Source: the human T2T-CHM13v2.0 reference genome, Homo sapiens. From it: DNA of 64,000 bases. This document shows, one piece after another, positions 46,234-62,845 of this stretch. Numbering within the stretch: position 1 is the stretch's first letter; each line of letters begins with the position of its first letter. Position numbers and translations under genes: made by a program. The DNA is taken from NCBI RefSeq assembly GCF_009914755.1, contig NC_060928.1, one strand, 5' to 3'. The notes under the pieces are model-generated. The model was not told the origin of the DNA. It did no database searches and saw only the letters and a program-made list of their open reading frames with translations.

Positions 46234-46789
46234 ATACCATAATTCTTTCTATTCCTCCATCTCAACAAACTATCTCTTTAAACTGACATTTACCCTAAGC
46301 CTGGAATACAATAACCGCTCATCTTTCAGTTCACACTTCAAATGTCGTTTCCTCAATGAAGCCTTCCTTTAATTCCCTTCTCCTATCCCTGACCCCCAAA
46401 TAGATTCAGTGCCCAGATATACATTTCCATGCTACTCCACACTTCCTTGCCACAGCAATTTCTACAGTATATTGAAGCTTGTTGTTCACCCCCTGTTGGC
46501 ATGTAAGCTCTGTAACATTAAGAAAAACCATGTTTGTCTTGCTCACTATTGAATTCCCAAGGTCTAAACATATGGGCCTGACCCTCACACCCTCATTTGA
46601 TTTCTAAAATTGGGCTTACATATATCAAATTAAGGCAGGGCTCATATGCATTGCAACATTCAGTTAAAATACTCTCTTCCATCGTTATAAATTCCTTCAT
46701 ATGAATATAAAATGTTCTGATAACCAAAACAAACAAGAAAAAGTGAAAAAATTGCAATTTGTTTCTACACTGCCTTCAGTTTCATGTGG

Positions 46790-46975
46790 TGAATCTGGAG
46801 TCAGAACCCTAGATTTGACTTCAGATTGTATCGCCTGTTACCTATATGATGATGTGAAGTGCTTAACATCACAAAGCCTCATATTCCTCTTCTGTAAAAT
46901 AGAAAATATTAATGCTTGTCCCACAAACCTTAAAGAGCTGGGATCTATTAATAAAATTATGCTCATGAAAGCCTT
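46790..46975 (+). mobile_element. MIR
   Basis: tggagtcagaaccctagatttga...ttcctcttctgtaaaatag. Confidence 0.65.
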
Positions 46976-49900
46976 TAAAAACGATGAAGCATTTCATAAT
47001 AAAATGAATTAACATCTTTGTTATTAATACCATAATCAAGGTAATCTCAGTTAAAAATAATGCATACAAATTATTTCAGAAAAACTTTGGCATATATATG
47101 AGCTAGAATGTACTAGTTAAAATAAATACAAAAGTTTAACCTCAAAAGAAGATTACAAATCAATTGTAAAATACATTCCAATATTCTAAGATATTGTTGC
47201 TACAATCTCAGAAAATTTTACTCCTGAAATTTCATATCCTTCGTGATATCTGAAACCTATCAGTTAAATTCATTATTAATTCTTTTATTTTACTTATTGC
47301 ACTTTAGAATCCCATCCAGGGAATCTGTTATTATTCTGAGACCACAATCATAATTCTTTTTAAAATAAAAATGTGAACATTAAGCTTAAAAAAAATAATT
47401 CGCAACTTAACTCTGTGGTAAACAGGTGAACAAAACAACAATTATATAATATCTAAAACCATTTTATGCTTTAAAAATAGGTTTATATGTACTGAATACT
47501 GGCTAAGATAGGAAATATTTGATTTCAAATTTGTTAAGAATTTAAAGACATAAAAAGTTAGATTAGAAGTTATCTTAAAACAACAATAAGGTAGTCATTA
47601 AAAACATGATCAAACAAGAAAACAATTTCTTTTAACTCATGCTAGGAAAGTTATTCAATATTCTATTACTTATTAGAGTAAAAATAATCTTGGTCTTTGA
47701 TTTTTGAGTGTTAAAAAACCAAACTTTTCCAAAATTCAACTTCTGATGCAACAGCTAATTCAGAAAAGAAAAAGTTTTTTTTTTTCTTTTTCCTATCCAT
47801 TTGGGCTACATGATTCTAAAATTACAGGTATAGTCACAAAGAGCATATGCTTCCCCCAAAGCTCTGAAGGCATGTAAGAAACTACTGTAGTTAAAGCTTG
47901 AACAAGCAAGTCTTTTTTAATCCACATTTTTCATATAGAAGAAAGATTTGTGTATTTTGCAAAAGTAATGCTATTGCGATATTACGACTTTGAACTAAAG
48001 CTCTAAAATCATACTATTCAACTAAAGGTTTCTTTAGCAATATTAACATGGCCACGCTGCACATGTTACTTTTAGCTTCTTTGTGTACAACAAACTGCAT
48101 TCAATTGGTGAACAAATACAATGTTTAGTATCATATTTAAAACCACTATTCAAACCTTTTCTTAATGCTGTTATCAGTTTTCCTTTTGCAACAATTTTGT
48201 GTATAAAAATAAAAGCACTGGATTTTTATTAGCGCTGCCCCTTCTTTGTTTTGCTCCACTCTGCAAAGCCCTTTTGGGACACTAAGCCTGCATTTACCAT
48301 AATACGGATTAAACTTTCTTTGTCCCATTGCACAAGGTTTGTTAGCAGGTTAGTCTTTTTACACTTTTCACAGGCTGCCTGCAGCTTACCCTTTAGGCCT
48401 CACTCAAAATACTTCTGTGGATTTACAAAAATACCAGAGTGGTCTTGGGGTTAATTGGAAGATAAGTGCAGTCTTTAACATAGAGACTCATTAAACATTT
48501 AGCCTTACCACAATCCACTATCCTTGAAAGAGAAAAGTTCTAGAGACACTTTAGGAATAATAACACAGTAAAATTGTTTTAAAAAATGACGATTAGTTGT
48601 TTCACAGACTTGGAAAAACTTCATTTAACTACCCCAAAGGTGATATAGTAGAACAAAGCAATGTCCCTGGTCAGCTCTCTACATTGGTTTTAATATGCAT
48701 TGATCATAGAGGAAAATTGAACAGATTTTCTAAGGAACTAAAAGGCAAAATCTTCCAACCTTCTGTTGGGAAATTTAAAGTAAAAACTCAACTGATGGGT
48801 TATGACAGATAATATTTATTTGTAAACAAAACATATTTAATTCTAACAGTTTAACTTTGTTGATTTAAATTTTACCCAAGTAAATCACATCAAACATGTC
48901 TATTAGAGCCAAATGAAAAATTTATAAAATTCACCCAAAAAACTTAGAAAGTATTTAAAAATTTAAGTTCCTTCTTTAATTTCTAAAATACATACATATA
49001 CACAAATATACACACTTAAAATGAAATCTGAAACCTACTCATTGGTATTAGGTTATTTTTTAGAATTATGCAAGCAGATTGTTAAACAGATTAACTTTTC
49101 CATCCCCTTACCTCCTTCCAACACTATTACTCCCACACAAAAAGGAAAAAAGAAAAAGAAAAATGCGACAAAACACACAGACACTTGAAGTAAAGGATTA
49201 GACATATTTGCCCAAGATGCAGATAACAAAAGCAAAAGTGAAGAAAATTGAAGAGACAGCCAAACTTCAGCAACAAAATGGTTAAAGAATCTGAAGTATT
49301 GTTCCCGTTATTCTTAAAGTCTGCTATATTGTAGACAGCGCAAACATCAGACAAGTTAAGATTACTGACCATTATCTCCTTAATTTTCTCCGCTTTCCCT
49401 CACATTCCCTCTTGCTATCTGGGCACCATTTTTCTAAAGCTTTATTTCTGGTAAGAAGTAAACTTTCCCTAATCCATCTATTATGGAACCTTTAATTGGA
49501 TTGGGAGCAGGGTGGTGTATAAAATAGCCCCTATTCACTCAAAAGGACTGTAGTTTTAGAGACTTAAAGGAGAAAGGTATTGTGAAACAAAATCCTCAGG
49601 GAATCAAGGATTAAAATGTGGCTCTCCTAAATTCATCAACTCCAGGACACAAATGAATTGCTTCCTTAAACAGGTAACTTTCCAAATACATGGCATAGCA
49701 AAACTGAAATTAAAATTATAATTTTACTTTAAGGAAAATAATGCATTTACACTAATAATTTTTCGCTTTATAAATGACTTTTACTTGCTGTTTCTTCAAC
49801 TCAGAATTACAATGCCAGGGAACAAATGGAATGCCTTAAACATATTTATTTATATTTTCTCTACATACATATTTTCCCTGTAAAGTAAGGAGAAAAGCAA

Positions 49901-50569
49901 AAGAATATGCTTTAATCAATTAAGTCCTGTACGTTATATTTGTGCAGCCTTAAAGCAGCAAGCACTGCCATAATACAAACATTTTTTTCAAAGTAAAAAT
50001 ACATTTCGTTCTTATCAGATAGTGTCAGATACATAATAATCAGCAGTCACTCTTCTTCCCTCAATCAGTTATCCTCTCTGTTTTCTTCATAAACATCCCC
50101 AAACCACTCTTTGTTAGGCTGTAGTACTTTTGTCTTCTGTCCCGCCACAGTGCACACCCAACTATTTGGGATGTCTTCAACAGTAAGATGAGGATACAGC
50201 TCATACTCAGTTATTCTCTTACTGAATTAAATATATTTAAAGTGCCAAACCTGCTATCTAAAGTAAAATGAAATCCAGAATGTATCTACCAACTCTAAAT
50301 TAATCTCGCAAATGTCTACATACTCTACCAAAACAATAGGAAACTGAGGAAGAGAAATGTTAGGAGAGTTCAAGATTCTAATGTAACACTTAACTCTGCA
50401 TAGTTTACTAGTCTATATTAAAATATAAAAATACATCAATATTAGTTATTTACCTAATGGTGCTGTTAAAAACAGATTTAAAAAAAAATTTAAGAAATGC
50501 AATTAATTTTAAGAAAACCCTCAAAGTATCCCCTCTGTTTTGGAACCTGTATCACAACTCAATAAGTGC

Positions 50570-50760
50570 TACTTATTATTGATTGAACCCTTACTAATTG
50601 TCTGACATTGTGCTAACTGCTATTACATGAATTATCTCATTTTATTCTCTCAACAATTGTATGAGGTAGTTGCTATTACCTGTTTTTCCACAAATGAGGA
50701 AGCTAAGTTTTTAAAATTTCAATTAAATTGTCCAAGGTTACATAGCTGCAAAGAAAATAA
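50570..50760 (-). mobile_element. MIR
   Basis: attatctcattttattctctcaacaa...caaatgaggaagctaag...tgtccaaggttacatagct. Confidence 0.7.
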
Positions 50761-51148
50761 GCTCTGTGAAAGCTTTTCATTACTATATTATAAATGTTTA
50801 GTATAAGAAAGCAGGCTCATTTGCCAAAGTCAATCTGCCAAAAAATAAATGTGCCTAAATTATCAAAATCACCTATGTTCCAACCGTAAATATTTAAAGA
50901 ATATTCTTCTTGAATGTATTAAATCTATAACTATATTCTTCTAATGAATATATTCTAAGATATATTTAATACTTTTTAAGCAACATTTTAAGAACCACTG
51001 TTTTTCAAAACTAAAGTCATCATAGGGTAGCTCTGTCCTATTACCAATATAACTAAAATTTTAATGTTTCATATGACATTTTTTAGTTCGTACTGATTTC
51101 TATTTGTATATTTTTTCTATTTTTCTAACATTCTGTCATGTAGAATAA

Positions 51149-51476
<328 letters not shown>

Positions 51477-52772
51477 TCATTTGTCACTTTTACCTATTTA
51501 TAAAGTATTATATCAGTTGAGAATTATTTTAATACTTTTCAAAGTGTATGAAGTCTTATTTGAACAGTTTTCATCTTGTTTTCATAACAACCTTGGAGGG
51601 AACCTCCATTTGTCTGTCCCAAATCACTACAGTTGAAGCTGAAGAAAGCTTTTTTAGAGGAAAGATGGAAAAGAAAGCAAATATTCCAGGGAGAGATTCT
51701 GATTCCTGAAAGTATTAGGAATGAGTATCAGGGTTGAGTACTAAATGGCACTATCAGAGAAAGAAGATGAGGGAACTACGAATCCTGGCCATAGGTTTCA
51801 TAGTCTCTTAGGCCACACCTCTTAGGCTCTTTTAACCCATACAACACATAGTGTGTAAATAAAAAAATACAAACTAGTTTAGGGTAATTTTAATATAGCA
51901 GAGAATTCATTTTCTGTAAATTTAGCTCATTAGTTTTAGCAAATTCCTAGCACAATGGCATGCATATTTAGTAGGGCATTAAAAATATGTGTGGAATGGA
52001 TATATTAAAATTTTATGTAAAGTAAAACTTTAAACACTGTATTTTGATTTCAAAAATAATCTTTAATTGGTCAGTTAAAGTATTTTAAATAAATATATTT
52101 TTAAAGATAACATGAACATGCATGCTCCACTTTAGGGGTAGCTAAAACAACACCCCAAAACAACCTCATACTAAAGGATTATTGAATTTTACATTTAAAA
52201 AAGAGCAACTATAGGGAAAGAACCAAAAATGGATCTAGGAAAATTACAAAATACAGCAAGTATCTTAAAAATGATTTAATTATTAAAGCATATTTAGAAT
52301 ACAAATGAGTATTTACTATTTTGAGAGCCCATTAAAATTAAGATACCCAACTATTCTTTTTCTCTGATGCCATTTTACTAATAGCTAAGTGTGTATATAA
52401 ATATCTCAGTCACTGGTATGTAAATGTCATAATAAAGTGTAATGTATTTCATCACATTCTATCTGCACTTATGCTTCCTTATGACTTCAGCTAAGTTTCT
52501 ACACACAGTGGTTTAGTTTTAAATGGTTGTCCCCAAAATATGATGAGTTAGAAATTATCTTGCATTTGTGTGCTCATTCATAATAAATCACTGTTTTTAG
52601 GCCTCAAATAACATCAGGTCTCTATTTGCTGCTTAGTAAGAGGCAACTAACATTTCACGGAAAATAGTTCTTTAACTAAAAGATTATATCAGGGCTTCCT
52701 CATATAAGATTACTCAAATTTTGTATAACATTGGATCTCTGTTGTGTTATAAAATATTTGGTACAAAACAAA

Positions 52773-53150
52773 CTGCTATGGTTTGACCATATCCCCCAAA
52801 GTTCATGTGTTGGAAACTGAATCCCCATTTTAACAGTGTTGAGAGGTGGGGCCTTTGGGAGTGACTGGGTTATGAGGGCTCTGCCTTCATAAATGGATTA
52901 ATGTGATTATTGCTAGGGAGTGTTAATTATCACAAGAGTGAGTTCCTCATAAAAGAATGGAGCTTAGACCCCTCTTGCTCTCTCTGTCTCACATGCTCAC
53001 TTGGTCTTCTGCCCTGGGATGACTCTCACCAGGTACTGGCACCATGCTCTTAGATTTCCTGCCTCCAAAAGCATGAGCCAAATAAATTCTATTCTTTATA
53101 AATTACTAGTCTCTGGTATTCTGTAATAGCAGCAGAGAATGGATTAAAAA
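52773..53150 (+). mobile_element. MaLR solo LTR (MST-like)
   Basis: tgctatggtttga...aaagttcatgtgttggaaact...aaataaattctattctttataaatta. Confidence 0.85.
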
Positions 53151-53244
53151 ACTAATGAAATGAATATGTAAATTAGCATATAAATATATCAACTTGTGTA
53201 TGGATAAACATATTCAACGACAGCTACATAAAAAAGACTAAAAA

Positions 53245-53530
53245 GCAGGAGTGGTGGCTCACACCTGTAATCTTAGCATTTTGGGAGGCTGAGGTAGGTA
53301 GATCACTTGAGCCCAAGAGTCTGAGACCAGCCTGGGCAACATAGTGAAATCCTGTCTCTACAAAAAACACAAAAATTAGCCAGGAGTGGTGGAACATGCC
53401 TGTAGTCCCAGCTACTCAGGGGAGGATCACTAAAACCAGAGAGGTCAAGGCTGCAGTAAGCCATGATCATGTCACTGCACTCCAGCCTGGGTGACAGAGC
53501 AAGACCCTGTCTCAAAAAATAAAAAAAAAA
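53245..53530 (+). mobile_element. AluJ
   Basis: Dimer with a small deletion and poly(A). Confidence 0.93.
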
Positions 53531-53729
53531 GCAAAAAGCTTAGGAATACACCCTGATTGAAATATATGATACTCATAAGTTATACATGAGAGAGCCATTT
53601 TAAACCACTAATGAAAATGACTGTTAAGTCCCATAGAAAAGTCTATTAAAATATATGTATGTGTATATATATTTTTTACACACACACGGATATACATATA
53701 ATTTCTTACATCATACTTACCCTTTAGAA

Positions 53730-54056
53730 TAGCAGTCCTCAATCATTTTGGCACCAGAAACTGATTTCGTGGAAGACAATTTTTCCACAGACCAAAGTGG
53801 GGTGGGGGGTAGGAGGTATGATTTTAGGATGAAACTCTTCCGACTCAGATCGTCTGACATTAGAGTCTCATAAGGAGCACGCAACCTAGTTCCCTCATAT
53901 GCACAGTACACAATAAGGTTCGCACCCCTATGAAAATCTAATGCCACAGCTGATCTGACAGGAGGCAGAGCTCAGGTGGTAATACTCCCTCACCTGGCAC
54001 TCCTCTCCTGCTATGTGGCCCAGTTCCTGACAGGGAAACTGGGTAGGGAACCCCTG
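53730..54056 (-). mobile_element. MER1B (hAT-Charlie) DNA transposon
   Basis: Matches MER1B (gtggaagacaatttttccac; tctcataaggagcacgcaacctag; gatctgacaggaggcagagctcagg). 8-bp TSD ctttagaa / ccttagaa. Confidence 0.9.
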
Positions 54057-54168
54057 CCTTAGAAGACAGAATACAAAAATACAGTTTATGCCAAGATCCA
54101 AAAAATAGTCAAGTCAGAAAGTTAAGAATATTATACTTTTCATACCAATAACCATATCCTGTACAATT
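53980..54168 (+). repeat. 189-bp direct repeat, copy 1 (long TSD of the L1)
   Basis: Aligns without gaps to 55326-55514, with 10 mismatches by manual count. Confidence 0.97.
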
Positions 54169-54197
54169 CTCCTGTACAGGAGTGTATCTTGTACAAT

Positions 54198-55325
<1,128 letters not shown>

Positions 55326-55514
55326 TAACACTCCCTCACCTGGCACTCCTCTCCTGCTGTGCAGCCCAGTTCCTAACAGGGAAACTGGGTTGGGAACCCT
55401 TGCCTTAGAAGACAGAATACAAAAATACAATTTATGCCAAGATCCAAAAAATTGTCAAGTCAGAAAGTTAAGAATATCATACTTTTCATACCAATAACCA
55501 TATCCTGTACAATT
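55326..55514 (+). repeat. 189-bp direct repeat, copy 2 (includes an orphan MER1B end, 55326-55402)
   Basis: Aligns without gaps to 53980-54168. Confidence 0.97.
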
Positions 55515-55570
55515 ACACACAGACAGATGGGGGGTAGAAGGAGTCAAATCCCACTTCTGACACCAGATTG

Positions 55571-56086
55571 TGTCAACCTAAAAATAGACACTAGAGAAAT
55601 TTGTCTCCAAATATGTTGAGTTTGTTTGGGAATGACAAATGAGGATTATGACATAGAATGGCAAGCCACCGGTGCATCTGGTGAGAGAAGGGTAAAGGGA
55701 AGCTTTTATTAGCCCAAAGAGATTCAAGTAAACTACTTAGAAACAGAGTTCACTGGTTCCAGAGGCTTAAAGTCAGAGTTATCATCAGTTCATTGGTGAA
55801 GCTGCTATTACTGGTCAAGGGTTCATTTAAGAGCATCTTCTCTGAATTGCTATAGTTCTAAAGGATGTCTAGTGATAAACCTTGCCAAAACTAGTGAGAA
55901 ACCTTGCTAAAGCAGGAGATACATGCAGGACATGAAGGAGTTTCTTGTGGGATTTCTAGAAAGTCCTTGGAAATCATTCTTATCTCAGATATATAAGCAA
56001 GAGCCTCCTCTCCTTTCTGCCTTCCTGTACCAATTTTGCCAGGGTCTGACAAAATTGATTTCATCCCCATATCTGTAACTTTCACA
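55571..56086 (-). mobile_element. ERV1-type solo LTR (MER4 group; family uncertain)
   Basis: Minus strand begins tgtgaaagtt and ends tttaggttgaca; about 515 bp. Confidence 0.65.
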
Positions 56087-57322
56087 GGGGAAAGAGGGGT
56101 AAGATAGTTAAATTAAACAGAGTCCCTCAAAAATCACCCTTCCTTTCTTCCCCTTAATTTCAAAGAGCCAATTTACTTTACATGTTGGATACTGCGCTGG
56201 AGCAAGAAGGTAAAACCAGGAAGTAGGATCAGAGAGACAAGAGTTACTAAGCCAGGACAGAAATCAGAAACCAAAATGTAATAATCTGCTAGAGAATTAG
56301 GCCATAAGGAATATCTGTTATTTTGCTTATTATCTGTAAGAAGAAATAAAATTATAGCACAGTGATGAAAGCACAGTGAAGAGAAACCCTAAAATGTTTT
56401 TAGTAAAAGAATGATAAATGAAAATTGACAATAAAGAATCAATCACAACTAAAGTATAGAAAGATGCTAATATTTCTTTATTTTACAAGCTTCATCAATA
56501 TATATTAGTAAATATAATAATAATCAAAAGGGCTTTTATAGACTCCTTTCTGACCTCATTTCTGCTTACTTTTTCCAAAATAATCTTAAATTCTTCAACA
56601 AAACATTCTATTACCAAGGAGGCTTTTCAGGAATGTTATCTTTAGTATAAGGTATTACTAATCCTTCTTAATGATGTTCTATGCCACTTATAAAAAACTC
56701 ATTAGGATGGCAAACAAAACAGCCTTTTGTTACATTAAACTCAGTGTTTAAGGAAAATAGTTACATATTCATTCATTCAAAAAATAAGTATTTTTTGGAA
56801 AGCCTAGAGATACAGAAATCAACAACAAAAAGCTGGGGGAAGGAAGGATACGATAGTTGTAAGGGTTAGATAACTACTATAAATCTGTTTCAATATGTAC
56901 CTTTAGCAGTAATATTTATAGAAAATAAGATTCAAAGGCCCTTAAAATATCTAGGGTTACTCTTTAAACAAGGGGAGGAAGGAATCTGAAAACAGGTGAC
57001 TCCAATATCAATTCTTTCCATCAACTCTAGGTCTTGTGGTGAACACTTCAGTTGTTTAATTGTATAAAGAAATGCTATCACCCACACACATATAATACTA
57101 CAATGCTACTACCTATCCTCAAATTGTATATTCTACTATTTACTTAAAACACAGTAGACCTTAAGACTATTCTGTTCAACCCATAACAATTCAAATCTAC
57201 AATCAAGTTTTAGTAAAGACAGCATACTTGCAGCTAATCTATATTCATAAACGACACTACTATGCTAGCTCATCAAGTATAAAGAATTAAAAACAATTAT
57301 ATCTTACAATACAAACAGAATT

Positions 57323-57948
<626 letters not shown>

Positions 57949-59744
57949 TAGAATCTAAAAATATTCTAGCAAAATATATAAAAAATAAATAAAATAAAAA
58001 TTTTATGGGACCTGAAAAATGAATATGGAGAAGCCAAATAAACATGCTCTCCAATAGCTTTTAATACAGTTAACACTTATTTTTATACATTTGTTCTAAA
58101 TATTCAAAAAACTAAATTTAAAAACTATCTGATGGATGGTAATCAAAAACATTTTTGTTTGAAAACAAATCATATTTTAAACAGCAACTATGTTTGAAGT
58201 TTAATATATTCAAACATTTGATTATATGGTTAATGTCTAAAGCTCTACGAGGAACCAAATCAGAGCTATTCTTACTTATTGCTGTAATCTCAGCATCCTA
58301 CATAGTTGGCATACTGGCAGATAATCAAAAGTGTTTGTGAAATGAATAATTATATACATAGTTACACAGAATGTGAATACCTTATTAGCCTATTTACTTA
58401 TTTATTTTAGTGCCATAACTCCAATCTCTTTACTTAAAAGCTCATTGATTGCTTCTGCATTAAATGTGAACCTTCTAACATTACAATTTTCCCTATGAAA
58501 TAAGCATAATATTACTTATAAATTATACAAATACTGTGAAAATGCAGATTGACATATTATATAGTTTGGATTTTGAAAAGACATCTTTATGCATGCACAA
58601 ATGCAATTTGTCATTAAATTTACAAATGTTGTGGTGTATAAATTGGATACTTCTTCCTAAATGTCTTGCAATGTTTTAATATCAATGTGACAGCAAAATC
58701 TGCAATCAAAACAAGGCCTACAAGGAAAATGCAACCTTTTTAAAAATATGTAGCTGAATAACAAGATGTCGCAAAAATAGGGCTGCCACAATTACCAAAG
58801 AAAGATAATTAAAAGGACGTTTGTTATGTGCTGTGTTTCACCCGGTACCCACATCTTGGTTTCTAATAGCATTCTTCACTGAAAAGAATTAAGGCTCTCC
58901 AAAGTAATAGCTGATTCTAGAGCTGCAGAAGGGAAGCTACAAGATGAGCCTTGAGCCTCTTGCCATGTCAGAAAGTCAGAAAGTGCTCAAGAAAATGAAG
59001 GGGTAAGTAAAAAAAACATAAGAACAAGCTTGAAAGGCTTCCCACTGGCCCAATCTGGAAGAATTTGAGCATTAAAGTAATTATGACCACCAGTGAATTA
59101 TTAACCATTGAAAATAAGAAAAATTCATGAGTCCATAGCAATAATAGATGGATAAATACATGGGGAATGCAGAAGTGTATAAAGTTAAGGCATAATGTCA
59201 ACTGATAAAGATGGAAGAAGACGCGATATGGGAAAATAATCATTTTATAACCATCATCACTGTAGAGATTAATACAGGGAAGAACTGTTAAGCGGACTCC
59301 ATATTTCATTCAGATTTCATCAGTTTTTCTCTCAAGCTTTTTTTTTTTTTTCTTGTCCCAAGATCCCATCCAAGACACCACATTATATTTAGTCTTGATG
59401 TCTCCTTAGGCTTCTCTGGATTTTAATGGTTTTTAAGACTTTTCGTGGTTTTGATGACCTTTGACAGCTTTAAAGAGTACTGACCAGGGCATTTGTAGAA
59501 TTCCCCTCAATTTGGATTTGTCTGATGTTCTCATGGTTAGAATGGGGTTACAGGTTTTAGGAAGGAAGTCCACAGAGGTATAGTGCCATCCGCATCACAT
59601 CATATCATATCATAGCTACATGCTATCAACGTGTTTTGTCACTGATATTAGCCTTAATTACCTGGTTGAAGTAGCATTTCTCAGGGGTTTCCACTGTATA
59701 GTTATTTTAGTTATTTCCTGCTGCTCTGTTCCATACTGTACCCT

Positions 59745-60090
<346 letters not shown>

Positions 60091-61127
60091 TAGCAGGTGG
60101 GGAGTAATGGTCCATTTCTTTTGGGGGGAGTATCTACATAAATTATTTAGACTCCTTCTATAAGGGAGATTTAACTCTTCTCTCCCCTACTAATTTATTT
60201 AGCTATTTATTTCAGTATGGACTCCTATTTACTTCATACTTTAGGTTATAAACCAAAACTAAGTTATTTATTTTGTTGTTCAAATTATTTTGACTTTGAC
60301 TATTGAGAGCTCTTTCATTTGGCTCTTGTGTCCCTTTGACCTAATCCCATTATTCTATTCTTCGGACACTTATGTATGTTCTGGCACTATAATATGCTCC
60401 AGGCTCATCTTGTGTAGTGTTGGCCTCAGCAACAGATTCAACCATTTCTCTGGGGAGTCCTGGGTTCCTTTTATTGGAGCATGGTATTAGAAACTAAGAC
60501 CTGGGCATTGAGTATTCTCATTGCTACTGGAGTGTCATTACTTCTAGACACCCTGGTGAACAAAGCTAATAAATGTATGCATATATACCAATCCATGTAT
60601 ACACACCTATTCTTTATTTTTCTATGTATCCATTTGTATTTATATTAAGCTAAATATGATTTAAGACTCTGACTCTAATCTAGTACCACATGATTTATTC
60701 TAGCCTTCAGGGAGGCAATTTTGATGAGAAGCAGGATATTCGCATGGTATCATTAAAGGCTGCTTAATAATTACAAAGGAAAAAATAATACATAGACTAG
60801 CAATATCAGACAACATACTGACTGGCTGATCAAAATATCACCATTGAAGGGCAGGTAGACATCCTGTGCCTCTGTAAGTGAAACTCTCAGACAGACATAT
60901 CACTTACATAGTATAACAACTAGACGTATAACCTGAATCCAATCATAAGGAAACATCGCACAAATCCAAATGAAGACTATTCTGTTAAAAAAAGGAGAGA
61001 ACTACATTCTTCAAAATTGGCAATGTCAAGAAAGACAAAGATAGCCTGAAGAATTGTTTCAGATTTAGTCAGACTAAAGAAATATCTAATTCTAAACTAG
61101 ATTATCTACTAGAAGTTAAAAATATTG

Positions 61128-61369
61128 GCAGGGCATGGTGGCTCATGCCTGTAATCCCAGCACGTTGGGAGGCCAAGGCGGGTGGATCATGAGGTCAAGA
61201 GATTGAGACCATCCTGGCCAACATGGTGAAACCCCGTCTCTACTAAAAATACAAAAATTAGCTGGGTGTGGTGGTGCATGCTGGTAGTCCCAGCTACTCA
61301 GGAGGTTGAGGCAGGAGAATCGCTTGAACCCGGGAGGTGGAGGTTGCAGTGAGACTCCATCTCAAAAAA
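61128..61369 (+). mobile_element. AluSc-like with right-arm deletion
   Basis: gttgcagtgagactccatctc: the segment between the two GAG-containing motifs of the right arm is lost. Confidence 0.93.
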
Positions 61370-61826
61370 ATATATATACATTATATATAAGATAAATATA
61401 TATATTTATATAAATATATAAATATATAAATATTTATAATATATAATGTATATTTATATATTGTATTATTTTATAATATATATTTATATAATATAATATA
61501 TAATTATAATATATATATTATATAATATATTATATTATATATTATATATTATATAATATTATAGATTATATAATATATAATATAATATATAATATATATA
61601 ACATTATAGATTATATATATTATATTATATTATATATAATTATAATATGTTATATATAATAATATATAATAATATAAAATATAATATATATAATAATATA
61701 TAATTATATATAATATATAATTATATATAATTATATATAATTATATATAATTATATATAATATATAAATATAAATATATATATATCTATATAAATATATA
61801 TATAAATATATATATTTATATAAAAT
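61369..61826. repeat. AT-rich low-complexity (TA)n island, about 460 bp
   Basis: Nearly pure A/T; includes (TTATATATAA)x4 at 61721-61760. Confidence 0.97.
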
Positions 61827-62550
61827 AAGGGACATTATTTCGTCCATCGATGAAACTCAAGTATGGATGGCAGGTTAAAGTATTATCTCAAAGCAAATTT
61901 CATAAATTTGATTACTATTATAGTTATATAAATAAGATAACATTCTTATTCTTAGGAAATACACACTGAAGTATTCAGGGGGAAAGGAGTATAATGTGTA
62001 CAAATGGCTCAGAAAAAAAGTGGTGTGTGTATTATATACACTTGTATGTATGTGTGGGTGTATTTACTAATAACATACATTATGTATGTATAGAGAGAGA
62101 CAATGTCAGAGAGAGCACGAATGATAAATGAGGCTAAATATTAATGGCAGGTAAATCTGTTTTTAAAAAACATGTGATCCTTGTTTCTTATATAATAAAT
62201 GTGATAAGCATGTGATGAGACTGAGCCAACATTAGTGAAATATGGGCTTTAAAATGTTTTCCAGAAGCAGTTATTCTATCCTGTGATGTCCTCTGTGACC
62301 AAAAACTAAATGAAGGATGTCTTTGGAAGACTCTAAAGCTAACTGGACAATTTGGAAACTGACCTCTAACTATACTTTGATTAATACCACTGGCGAATCA
62401 TTCATAGGGTATATACAAATACAAATTTGGCCTCTTGTTTAAAGGGTTTCTGTAGTTCAATCATTATGAACTCCTAACTGATACTTAGTAGAACAGCATA
62501 TAGGTCCATATTTATAATTCAAATCATTGGCAATTAAAAGCGTTACTATC

Positions 62551-62845
62551 GGCCGGGCACAGTGGCTCATGCCTGTAATCTCAGCACTTTGAGAGGCCGA
62601 GGCGGGCAGATCACCTGAAGTTGGGAGTTCAAGACCAGGCTGACCAACATGGAGAAACCCCGTCTCTACTAAAAATACAAAATTAGTCGGGCATGGTGGC
62701 ACATGTCTGTAATCCCAGCCACTCGGCAGGCTGAGGCAGGAGAATCACTTGAACCCAGAAGTGGAGGTTGCGGTGAGCCAAGATCACACCATTGCACTCC
62801 AGCCTGGGCAACAAGAGCGAAACTCCATCTCAAAAAAAAGAAAAA
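62551..62845 (+). mobile_element. AluSp-like
   Basis: ctgaccaacatggagaaaccc and ggttgcggtgagcc; TSD gttactatc. Confidence 0.96.

Noticed and set aside
50151-50182. Plus-strand 32-nt exon-like segment (cccgccacag|...ACA|gtaaga)
   Set aside because: The donor is modest, the site is isolated, and it is opposite to the inferred host strand.
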